NCBI RefSeq assembly: GCF_004010195.1
Contig: NC_057719.1
Span: 71,545,017 to 71,603,603, forward strand
From: Chiloscyllium plagiosum
Taxonomy: Eukaryota
DNA: 58,587 nucleotides
Reading direction: 5' to 3'
Position numbers and translations under genes: made by a program. This document shows, piece by piece, positions 25,768-37,049 of this stretch (the first letter of the stretch is position 1; each line of letters begins with the position of its first letter). Under the pieces are notes generated by a model, which worked only from the letters and a program-made list of their open reading frames with translations, was not told the DNA's origin and searched no databases.

Positions 25768-27955
25768 GTTCTTATAAGGTAGGGAAAAGGGTCAGCACTA
25801 CAACAGCTGTCTGTAAATGAACAAATTAACCTGAAATCAAGTAACTCCTATCATACTTGGCTGATTGATAATGCCAGCTTTTTGTTGAGTGATGAAGTTA
25901 GAACTATCAATTTGTCTGCAGTTTTGAGCACTACTATCTTGAATTCTGTAAGAAGGTCAGAGTGATCCCAGAGAGGAACATGGTTACTTAAACCTAAACC
26001 CTTGCTCCCTTTTGGGATCACCTGCAATGTTGGTTTTATGCCCCTGCTGATGTTATGCTGGTTAAAGTTAATGGGAAGTAATAACATGTGAAACAAAAGT
26101 CTGATTCTATAGATTTCCACCTGTCACAGTAATTTGAAATAGCTGTCTAAATTTAATTTCTGAGGATGAGTAACTCAATGTAGAACATTAATTCTGATTT
26201 CCCTCCACAGATGCTGTCAGACCTGCTGAGCTTTCCCAGAAATTTCGGTTTTTGTGTCTAAATTAAGGTAGCCTGAACTTCTGCTCATTGGTGGGAGTGG
26301 GATTTGATATGATCAAGAAAAAAATAAATAACTCATTTCATGTGAGATACACCTTGGTGGGCCCTCTGATGGATCCAAGGAGACAGTTAAGGTTGGGTCC
26401 TGCTCCCCATCACGAGCCCACACAAAGAAATGGCCGCTTGACATGGATCTCCCCTTCTGTCAGTTTAATGCTGGCGCCATCTTAGATTCAAAGGCACCTA
26501 GGTGCAGGATCTTAGGAATCAAAAGTCTTTAAAATTAGGACATGATAAGCTAGATACAGAAAATCATGTTCTCTAGTAGGGAAATTCAGAACAAGAGAGA
26601 ATCATCTTAGGATCATATCAAAGCTATTTCAATTGTAATCAGGGGCATTTTTCACCCCATCTGCTTGAAAATGTGGGTTTGATCCCCAAAGAACTGTGTG
26701 TGCCAGGGTGGGTCAATTTAAATGTCTGACTGAGAGATAGATTTTTGTTAGGTATGGGGATCAGGACCTGTGACACCAAGCAAGTTAGAGTTGAGGTACA
26801 GATCAATCCAAATTGAATAGATTGGGTAGAACAGGCTTGAGGAGCTGAATGGTCTACTGTTCTTCTCCATCGTGCAGGGACTTCTCAATGTTTAATATAT
26901 GTTGAACTTCCGTTTTCTCCCCCTAATTTTACTCCTCTACTGTTTAAAAAAATTTAATGGGCAAAATGTTTGTTGTTATGCCCAACATTGAACTAACCCA
27001 TTCTTAGATGCTGTTGTGGTTGTATTCTACTTTACTTGCTCATTTTTGATGTAAACACAGATTTATTATTCAACAGAATAATCTGTTGCATTCCCAAACT
27101 CTGAAAGCCTCAATTACACAAAATGACAGTCTACAATACCTTGATTAATCAGGACATCTCTCATCCCCAGGAGCTATAGTGCCAATGTTAGCAATTACTT
27201 TAACAATACTGACAAGCAAAATTCTTTTTTCTGTGAAGATTGTAACTTAATTGCTTGTTTTAAGAGTCACCTCTGCATTTGGAAAAATCACTAACAACTA
27301 AAGACCTATTTTTCAAGACTTAAATGCTTTGTAAAGCATCTATTTGCCAAATTTCTCAGCTCCAGTGGGAGCTTTCACTGTTAATGTATTTCACATTTGT
27401 CTAAACATTAACTTGAAAATGACTGTAAACTCAACCTAATAGTGAAATTGCTTAAAATAACCAATCAGTTCGTAGCAAACAATTACTACAAAATTTCAGA
27501 TTGGAATTTGTGAGGTGTTTTTTGGATAACATACTGGACAAGGTATAGACTGTTCATTCTATAATTAAACAGAAAGTGATTTCAGGGTATAAGCTGAAAT
27601 ACAATGTTTATTAATGTCAGAAGTCCAGAGTCTTCAGGGCTTAGGAATATGTTATTTAGCTTATATAAATAAGTTTGTCCATGCTAACATACTCGCAATA
27701 ATTTTAGCTTGGGCTGTCAAAAAAAATAGAGTATGTTGGCATTAAAACCATAAGCTGCACTTACCACTCTATTTTTACCCCACCATTTTTTGCTTACCAA
27801 GAATTTGTGACTATCCAGCCCTCTCAGCTCCCCTAGCCCTTAAATCCACCACTATTAAGACCCTTTGCTGTCACTCCACGTTATTTCAGTCCATACATAC
27901 TGTGTTTCATTGTTCCTGCAATGTATCATTTCAACAGGCTGGCCTTGTACTCCTG

Positions 27956-28435
27956 AGTCAAATGTATGGTGCTAGAAAAGCACAGCAGGTCAGACAGCAT
28001 CTAAGGTGCAGGAGAATCAATGTTTTGGGCAAGAGCCCTTCATCAGGAAACATGGAGTGGGCGTCACTTCTGTAAATGACGTCACCCTCGGTCTCTCTAC
28101 TGTAACTCCCACTCCAGTTACAGTGACCAACCCCACTCCCAGCTCCAGCCCAACATTAGGTCCTAGCTCCCAGACCTGCTGTGTTTTTACCATCCCCCCA
28201 GATATTCCCCCTCACTGAGGACAAACAATCAGCCCTCAGCAAAGGCCTTACCTTCATCCCCCTCCACTCCCAAATCAACGAATTCAACATGCATTGTAAC
28301 ATCGAACACTTCTTCCACCGTCTCTGCCTCTGGGCTTACAAGTTCTCCTGCTCCTCGGATGCTGCCTGACCTGCTGTGCTTTTCCAGCACCACACTCTTG
28401 ACTCTGATCTCCAGCATCTGCCATTCTCACTTTCT
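27956..28435 (+). mobile_element. Internally deleted Penelope-like element (inverted terminal repeat, N-terminal ORF piece, terminal repeat)
   Basis: VFTIPPDIP..LTEDKQSALSKGLTFIPL..INEF...IEHFFHRLCLWAY (the LSKGL.F.P motif preceding PLE RT); 13-bp TSD ccttgtactcctg at 27943-27955 and 28436-28448. Confidence 0.85.
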
Positions 28436-29149
28436 CCTTGTACTCCTGTGGTCTACTACTATTTGCACACTACTTAATGCATTGCTGATTTTTGCATCAC
28501 GATTTAAATAATGCAGTAAATGGAAGAACCGTGGGTAAGAAAAATAAGTGCCAGGATTCCAAAATGAAATTAAAACTCCAAACAAATCTTTATAATACAA
28601 ACTCGAGCAAAGCAACCACAAGGAATAATGACTAAATGGGCACACTAAAGATAGTGATTCTAAATGATATAAATTCTTAACTTAGACTCAGTACAAAAGT
28701 CTTAATCCAGTTTAATCTGTTTACAGTAGCTTTCACTATGCTAGACTTTTGGACTCTGGAAGGCAGTTTTTTAAAAATTTTAGGCCTTGACACACAACTC
28801 ACAGTTCAGGTCTGTGATATGAACCTGCCTGTATGGCTTCCTCATCCAAAAATAGGTGTCACTGACAGCCATGTGTCACAACCCAGCAGAAACACATAGG
28901 CAGTCCCATAGTGTTGATTCATTGGATGTGATTTACAGAAGAGTGGTGGAGTTAAGCGATTAAAAGATGTAAGGGGTGGAATGTAATGAGCTGTATGTTT
29001 CTTATGCTTTTCCTAAATCTTTTCCTAAAGCTCTGCTAAAGGAAAACAAGTGTAATTTGCTGAGCTGGTAAGTGGCAAAAGTCTACTTTATTTAACATAG
29101 TACATTAATGGCAGGAAGGCTAATAACATACATAGAGACATAACTAAAT

Positions 29150-32110
29150 CTGAAATTGAATAAAATAATCGAGTAGATCCTTAGAAGACAGTTATCATAG
29201 GAGGACAGGTGTTGTATAATAGTTATAGCACGTGGGAGTTCCTGGGTGCCAGTTTGGCTTAGAGCAAACATATCTGCAACAAGTATTTGAAGTTCAAGTA
29301 ATTGAACTCAGAGCATATGAGCTGGAGGCTGAACTAGAGGCATCAGGTAAGGGGAAGATGACCTGGATTCTTTATTCTAGGAGGCAGTCACCTCTCATGT
29401 GTTGGATTGTCTCTTTTGGTCAGTTTTTAGTGACAGAAGGATGTGACTAGAAGACAGGCTGGCAAAGGGACCCGAAGTACCCAGAGTACCAGGGCCTCAG
29501 CAATTGCAACTGTCCAAAAGGATTGAGGATCTTTCAGCTTTTCTGGATGAGTGTGAGAGCTGCAGGGTGGATGAGCTCGCTGATCATGTCACCATGGTAT
29601 AGGAAGTCAGTCAAGAGTGGGGATTCAGAAGGAATGTGGTGGTAATAGGAATCAGCATAGTGAGGGGCATTGACACCATTCGCTGCAGCAAAAATCGTGA
29701 GTCCAGACAGCTGTGCTGCTTGCTCAATGCCAGAGTGTGGGAAATCCAGGGCTGAAAAGGAGCTTGCAGTGTTGGGAAGGGATGGCTCCAGTCATTGTTG
29801 TCCATGCATGTACCAATGACATAGGCAGGACAAAGGAGGAGTTTCTGCATTGTCAGTATGAGCCTACAAGAGAGCTGTCTTACAAGAGGTTAAACTTGTT
29901 ATTTTACAATAAGATAAAATTAATTCATTATCTCAGCGATGGTGCCCTCGTTAGCAGTGCCAAAAATACAGTTGGATTTTACACTCTGTTTCAGGGAGAG
30001 AGAAGTGGGTGCAAGACCATTTCTTATAAGTTAAATAAGGAGATTGTGAGATCATGAAAGCAGTGCTGGCTAAAGTGAATCAGCAAAGTAGGCTAAAGGA
30101 TTGGTTAATCTAGATGAAGTGTCAGAAATATAAGATGATATTTCTGAATAGACCAATAGTCACATTCCAAGAAGCGAGAAAAATTCCAAGGGACAGATGT
30201 ACTGGACATATTACTGGTAGTATCAAGCTAAATACTAAAGCATGAAATTGTGCAAAGACAGGCCAGAAGGTGGGACAGAATATAAAAAAATAAAGAATTA
30301 CCAAAAATGTAATAAAGTGGGGAAAATTAGAGCAGAGAGAAAGCTAGCCAATGATATAAAATACAGTAAACATCTCTATGAATCAAAAATAAATGTAAAC
30401 AAAGTAAGTATTGGTTCTATAGGAAATCTGTCTGGGGAATTAATAATGAAAAATAAGGAAATGGTAGGTAAATTAAATAGGTATTCCATATCAGTCTTCA
30501 CTATAGAGGAGACAAGTGACATCCCAGATGCACTGATAAAGCAGGAAATGGAAAGGAATGAAAAACTCAGGAAAAACACAATCACTGAGTAAACTGTTGG
30601 ACCTGTGGGCTGACAAGTCTCTCGGTTCTGATGAACTTTATCCTAGGCTCTTAAAAGTTACGAGTGAGGTAGATGATGCATTTGTTTGCATTTTCCAAAA
30701 TTGATTTGGGGATGATCCAATTAGATCACAAGTCAGTGAATGTAACCCCTTAATTCAAAACAAAAGGGAGATATAAAGGATAAAATGACAGACTAGTTAA
30801 CTTAAGGTCTATTATAGAAAAAATGCCAGAAGCTATTTTAAAGAAATTATAGCAGGAGAAGTTAGATAAGTTTAAGATTATCAGGCAACATCAACATAAA
30901 ACCATAATGATCATATGAGTAGGAGCAACATTTTGCCATTCAGCCCATTGAGTCTGATGGGCTATTTGATCATATCATATCATATTTCTCAACCCCATTC
31001 TCCTGACTTCTCCCCTTTGTTCCTCTTTCTCATCAAAAACCTATCTATCTCTGTTTTAATTATACACAGTGACTTGATCTCCACAGCCTTCTGCAGCAAT
31101 GGGTTCCACAGATTCACCACCCTCTGACTGAAGAAATTCCTCCTCAGCTCAGTTCTGAAGGGTTGTGCCTTCACTATGCGTTTGGGTTCTAGTCTCTCCT
31201 ACTAGTAGAAACATCTTCACCACATCCATGCTATCCAGGCCTTTCAGTATTCTGAGTGTTTCAATCAGGTTACACCCTCCACTCTGCCAATCTTTCTAAA
31301 CTCCATCAGATAGAGACCCAGAACCTTCAACCATTCCTCATATGACCAGCCCTTCATCCGCAGGATCACTCTTGTAAACTTCTTCTGCACTTCCTGTGAT
31401 GACAGCACATTCCTTCCTTTGGACTTTTACTTTCATGACCAGTCTGCCGTGAAGGACTTTACCAAAAGCCTTCCTAAAATTTATATATGCCGCATAGAAC
31501 TCATCACTGATTTGGTTGAAGGGACTGGATATATGGTTGCTAAATTTGGTGACAACACCAAGATACGTAGGAAAGTAAACTGTCAAGTGAAGAAATGAAG
31601 TATAATGCAGGTAAATGTGAGCTTGAACTTATGAAGGAAGACTGGAAAGGCAATATACACTATTTGAATTGAAAGGAATTACAGGAATTGGTGGTACAGA
31701 GGCACTTAGGAGTTCCGGTACATGGATCACATAAAGTTAGTATGCAGCTATAGCAAATGATTAGATCAGCAAATGGATGCTGTAATTTATTACAAGGGGA
31801 ATGGAATACAAAAGTGAGAAATATTTACTTCAGCTGTGTACAGCATTGGTAAGACCACATCTGGAGTAGTGTGTACAGTTTTGGTTTCCTTATTTGAAAG
31901 AAAAAGATATAATCACTTTAGAAGCAGTTCAGAAAAAGTTCACTCGACTCATTCCTGGCATGAAGAACTTAGCTTATCAAGAAAGGTTAACCAGGTTTGA
32001 CCCATTTCCACTGAAGTTTAAAAAATAAAAGGTGATTTTATTGAAACAAGTAAGATCATGAGAAAACTTGATAGAGTGGATAATGAAAGAATTGTTCCTC
32101 TTGTTACAGG
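29150..32110 (+). mobile_element. Old, rearranged CR1 LINE with ORF1 (coiled coil plus SGNH-esterase-like) and ORF2 remnants
   Basis: RAYELEAELE; VVVIGISIVRGID...CCLLNARV; PVIVVHACTNDIGR (GDS-like and GTND-like blocks); later AKFGDNTK and LVRPHLE*CVQFW. Confidence 0.8.
30900..31410 (-). mobile_element. CR1 3' fragment nested in the older CR1
   Basis: FRTELRRNFFSQRVVNLWNPLLQKAVE plus a 3' UTR on the minus strand. Confidence 0.85.
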
Positions 32111-33950
32111 AGATTCATCAGCCATACAAGGGCCCAGAGAATGCAGGACCAGTGACGTGGAATCTCATGGGTGGAGAGCCATATTTGTTGGTGAGTGATT
32201 GCTGATTTAGGGAATGTAAAAACTCATACTTGGGTGCAGGAGAAGGTCATTTAGCCCTTTGAGCATGTTCCACCATTCAATGGTTGGTCAGGTTGTGGTC
32301 TCAACCCTAATTTCCTGCCTGGTCCTGATAAGCCTTAACTCTCTTCTCTACCAAAACCCTGTCTAACTCAGCCTTGTACAAGTCCAATAAAGTAACCTCT
32401 ACACTATTGTGCAGAAGAGAACTCCATGGACACATGATCTCCTGTTCCAAAAAGATTTTTGTTTACTTTTTGCAGTAACTTGCCATGTGGGAATCCCAAA
32501 AAGCAAGCTTTGATATTCCATGTTCAAAGGCTCTCAGTGCCTGATCAGGGACCCAGAATTTGTAATGGACTGTGCAGGCCTCCCCCTAACCTTGCCACTG
32601 ACATCCCTTGTCCATTTCCCTATGGTCTGCAGTTCACAACATCTCTTCCACCATCGATCACCAGTGGCCGCCCTGGATTCCTTGGCATAATTGGGTCTTG
32701 GCTAATGCATTATAGATTGCTGCCACCATTTCCTTAGTGTTGCTGATGAGCAACGGACAGCTGCCAACTTCACTGGGTTGACATTTATTGGGTGGAATTT
32801 CAAACGCCAAGATCAAAGATCCTGTAATAGGCCCATCTCTTCCCAGTTAAGGGCCTAACTGGTATTTAGTTTGGTGAGGATTCTCAAACAGTGGCAACAC
32901 AAGAATTTTGGCTCTGGAGCCAGTGTGCACAATCAGGCCATGTCTGTTATTTACTGCCCATTCAATTAAGACACAAATCAATTATATCTAAATAATGGAA
33001 CAGGCCTGAGGACCCTGCTTTTGTTCCAACACAGTGAAGACAGTATATAAATGACCCCACCAGAATGTGCACATGTGACAACTAAATTGAAAAGTGTATT
33101 TTTTGGTTCCTGCATGGGGTTAGGTAGCATTTTAAAATAGTATGCAAACATTTAGACTTTCATCATTAAGTAGTTGGCATCTGGATTTACATTTCTCATG
33201 GATGAGTACTTTCAAGGCATCTCATATTTAAAAAGTTTCTGACAAATGCAATAATACATATTTGTGGCACTTGTTGAGTCAAATGCTCATTGTTCCTCCA
33301 CTTTGCAGGACTTCCCCCAATTCCTATTGCCCAGACAATAAAGTTAAAAATTTGCTCTCATACAGAGATTTTGCCTTCTTTTAGACAGCTTGCTTTTGAC
33401 CAAAAGCAAGGAAATTCTGTCCCAATTGTAAATACATCTTGAGAGCCTGAGATATTTATCTACCACTCACTGAAAACTTTGGTTGGAACATTTTGTCATT
33501 CCCAATACTTCTCATCACAGAAGAATAGAGTCTGTAATGTTACACCATGGGTCATACGGAAGGCCTGGTGCTGCAGGAAAATAACTTTGAGTACAATATG
33601 GAATTTACATCCTTATAATGACATATAATGACCTCAGCATATCGCAAGCTCTTTGTAATAAAGAACAGCTTTTTATTTATGTTGGTTGGAAGCTGCTATG
33701 GAAGGCTACCCAATTACCCAGTTAGTTTCCACAAATACAAGAATCTCTGAAGTCCAACTCTTATATTACTGGCTTTTCGATTGTCCGATGGGTAAGCATT
33801 GGACATCTAAACAACCAGAGAAGTTTACAATACAGAAAGAAGCTACTTGGTCCATTGTACACTTAGAAGAAAAACTAAAAAGAAATCTCTTCTTTGAGCT
33901 TTGATTCAAATGTAAATCAATCAAATGTTGAATGACCTTTTCTTGTTATT

Positions 33951-34092
33951 GAAGAACCTGAAGCCCTTCCTGAAGAAGGGCTTATGCCCGAAACGTCGAT
34001 TCTCCTGTTCCTTGGATGCTGCCTGACCTGCTGCGTTTTTCCAGCAACACATTTTCAGCTCTGATCTCCAGCATCTGCAGTCCTCACTTTCT
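33951..34092 (+). mobile_element. Solo Penelope-like terminal repeat (family A)
   Basis: Matches the termini of 22952-23563 and 27956-28435; 14-bp TSD cttttcttgttatt at 33937-33950 and 34093-34106. Confidence 0.85.
33966..34002 (+). ncRNA. Minimal hammerhead ribozyme motif (family A), intact core
   Basis: CUGAAGA-A-GGGC-UUAU-GCCC-GAAA-CG-UC: CUGANGA core, 4-bp stem II, palindromic ACGU, GUC cleavage triplet; stem I is short and weak. Confidence 0.68.
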
Positions 34093-34179
34093 CTTTTCTT
34101 GTTATTCCCAATCATGTTAAAATGCTATCAGTGAAAGATGCCTACCTTCCATCCCCCGTTGTCATTTCAGGAACTCCGA

Positions 34180-35825
34180 ACACATTGCAGAGTTTCTTCT
34201 CTCGGCTTACAGGCAAAAGCTCAAGCAGGAGACCCCCTCGCGGAGACAGGTCCAGTGTTGGTCGGAGGAGGCAGAGGATCAGCTCCGGTACTGTCTGGAA
34301 TCGGCTGATTGGGCCATGTTCAAACAGTCCACAGGTACCTTGGAAAAGTACACCACCACCGTCACAGACTTTATCAGCAAGTGTGTGGAGGACTCCATAC
34401 TGAGGAAGTCAATCTGCGTGTTCCCCAACTGGAAACCCTAGATGAATCAGGACAGACAGAACCTTGCTAAAAACCAGGTGTGAGGCTTTCAGATCAGGAG
34501 ACCCACTCAAATATAAGGAATCCAAGTATGACCTTCGCAGAGCCATTAAGACAGCCAAGGACCAATACCGATCCAAACTAGGGACCCAGACAGACACCCG
34601 GAGACTATGGCAAGGATTGAATGACATCACAGGTTCTAAAAAGAGACAGCGTGAGATAGCAGATGAAGACACATCCCTCCCAGATCGTCTCAATGCCTTC
34701 TATGTTCACTTTGAGCAGAATTTTGGAGGAGAGGTAACACCTATTCTGACAAGTCCTGATGAATCTATCCCAACAGACACTGCATCAGAAGTCAGATCAT
34801 TTTCCTCCTTGTGAATCCAAGGAAAACGATGTGACCAGACGGAGTACCAAGCCGTGCACTCAGACCATGCAGAGATCAACTGGCAGAGGTCTTCTCGGAC
34901 ATCTTTAACCTCTCCCTGCAGCAGGCCACTGTCTCTGCCTGTTTCAAGAGTGCCAACGTCATCCCTGTGCCTAAGAAGGCTCATGCAGCATGTCTCAATG
35001 ATTACTGCTCAGTAGCCCTAACTTCAGTGCTCAGGAAGTGCTTTGAAAGGATGGTCATGGCATTAATCAACTCCAGCCTCTCCACCACTCTTGACCACAC
35101 CAATTTGCTTATCAACAAATCCACATCAGATGCCATATCACTTGCCCCTCACTCCTCCCTAGAACATCTTGACATCAAGAACAGCTACATAAGAATCCTA
35201 TTCATTGATTACAGTTCAGCCTTCAACACTATTAGCCCCTCGAGACAGATTACTAAACTTAATGATCTGGGATTAAGCCCCACTCTCTGCAACTGGATCC
35301 TGAGTTTCCTGACCCACAGGCCACAATCAGTGAAGATTGGGGACAATATTTCATCCTCACTAACACTCAACACTGGAGCCCCCTGGGGTGCGCACTCAGC
35401 CCCCTACTGTACTCACTGTATACCTATGACTGTGTTGCCAAACACCAGACTAATGCCATTTACAAGTTTGCTGATGACACTATTATAGTCAGTTGAATCT
35501 TAGATGGCGATGAAACAGGCTACAGATGGGAATTGGAAGACCTGGAAAACTGGTGCACTGAGAACAACCTAGCTCTCAATGCAGGCAAAACCAAGGAACT
35601 TATTATTGACTTTCAGCGGGATGTTACTCATGTCCCCTACACATTAACAGCACAGAGGTGGAATGAATGGAGAATGTCAAGGGCCTGGGAGTGGTCATCC
35701 ACAACAAGCTTTCTTGGACCCTTCATGTAGATGCACTGGTTACAAAGGCCCAACAATGTCTCTTCTTCCTCAGGCAGCTGAAGAAATTTGGCATGATGGC
35801 AAATACCCTTGCCAACTTTTATAAA
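34180..35825 (+). mobile_element. Rex1/Babar-type LINE RT region, frameshifted
   Basis: VPKKAHAACLNDYCSVALTSVLRKCFERMV, RILFIDYSSAFNTI, CNWILSFLTHRPQSVKIG...LNTGAP, KFADDT, WCTENNLALNAGKTKELIIDF. Confidence 0.9.
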
Positions 35826-36260
35826 TTCTTGAATCTGTTATACACATATTCAAACTTTTACATCTTCTGCCCAATGGAAGATGGTGGAAGAGAAGATAAC
35901 TGAGGTGGGAGGGGTCGTTGATTATATTGGTTGCTTTTCCAAGGCAGAAGGAAGTACAGATGGAGTCAATGGCTGGAAGTCTGGTTTACGTGATGGACTG
36001 GGCTGTGTTCACAACTCTCTATCATTTCCTGCGGACTTTGGAAGTGCAGTTGTCGTACCATCCTGTGATGCATCCAGATAGGGTGCTTTCTATTGTGCAT
36101 CTATAAATATTGGTAAGAATCTTTGTGGACATGCTGAATTTCTTTAGCCTCTTGATTAAATCGAGGCACTGTTGTGCTTTCTTGGCTGTCGCATCAATGT
36201 GGGTGGACCAGGACTGATTGTTGGGAACTTAATGTTCTCAACCATTTCCATCTCTCCACT
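35826..36260 (-). mobile_element. Second, diverged Rex1/Babar 3' fragment in opposite orientation
   Basis: Minus strand SWSTHIDATAKKAQQCL..IKRLKKFSMSTKILTNIYRCTIESTLSGCITGWY...RVVNTAQSIT. Confidence 0.8.
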
Positions 36261-37049
36261 CCACATCCTGAATTTATAATCTATTACAATGTAAATCAAT
36301 TTTTAAAAAAAAATTCCATGTACAATTCTAACAGGGACAAAGATTAGCATAAATTAATAAACTATCTAAAAGAGCACAAATGGAATGAACAAATGGAATT
36401 AGATTTCCAATGTTGTTAAAATTGTGCTATTCTGACTTTCATGTTCAATATGAGGAAAACTCTGAATGTGGTTTTTACTTCTTTATTAACAGAAATTACT
36501 GTGCCCAACTTGGTTATATGTGAATTCAAAAATCTGGGCTCATAGGATTTTAATTCACAGTACTGAGATGAAAATGAAATCTGCAAATGCTGACATTAAA
36601 ATAAATCAAGAAAATGTTAAAAATATGCAGCAGGTTCACCAGTATCTAAAGTGGTCAAAACGGATTTAATTTCCTCTTTCAGATACTTTCCAGGCCATTA
36701 AATTCTAGTCCGCAGTATAGTCCATGGAATGTTTTGATATTTTAACTATTAGAGAAAAGTCAACATTTTCCTGTCGTAGCTCTAACATAGAAATTATGTC
36801 TCAGATAAACAAATACTGGTCATACGAGCACTGAATTGTATAGTATTTGTATAGTGCCTACTCTGTGACTTCTGAAAACTGGTGCAGTATTTTTGCTATT
36901 AGTTCATGTTAGCAAACGTTGCCTCTTCTAAAAGCAATGTAAATATGTCAGTATAACTAATAACCATTCTGTTATGTTTTATGCCTCAGAGATATGTAGA
37001 GATGATTAATTTTATCTTTTATTAAAATGTTTGTTTTCATGCTTCCAGC

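Noticed and set aside
28018..28048. Additional hammerhead cores (also about 23472-23500, 7905-7940, 57855-57892)
   Set aside because: Conserved core nucleotides are mutated (e.g. GAAA to AAAA); recorded as decayed and not called as ribozymes.
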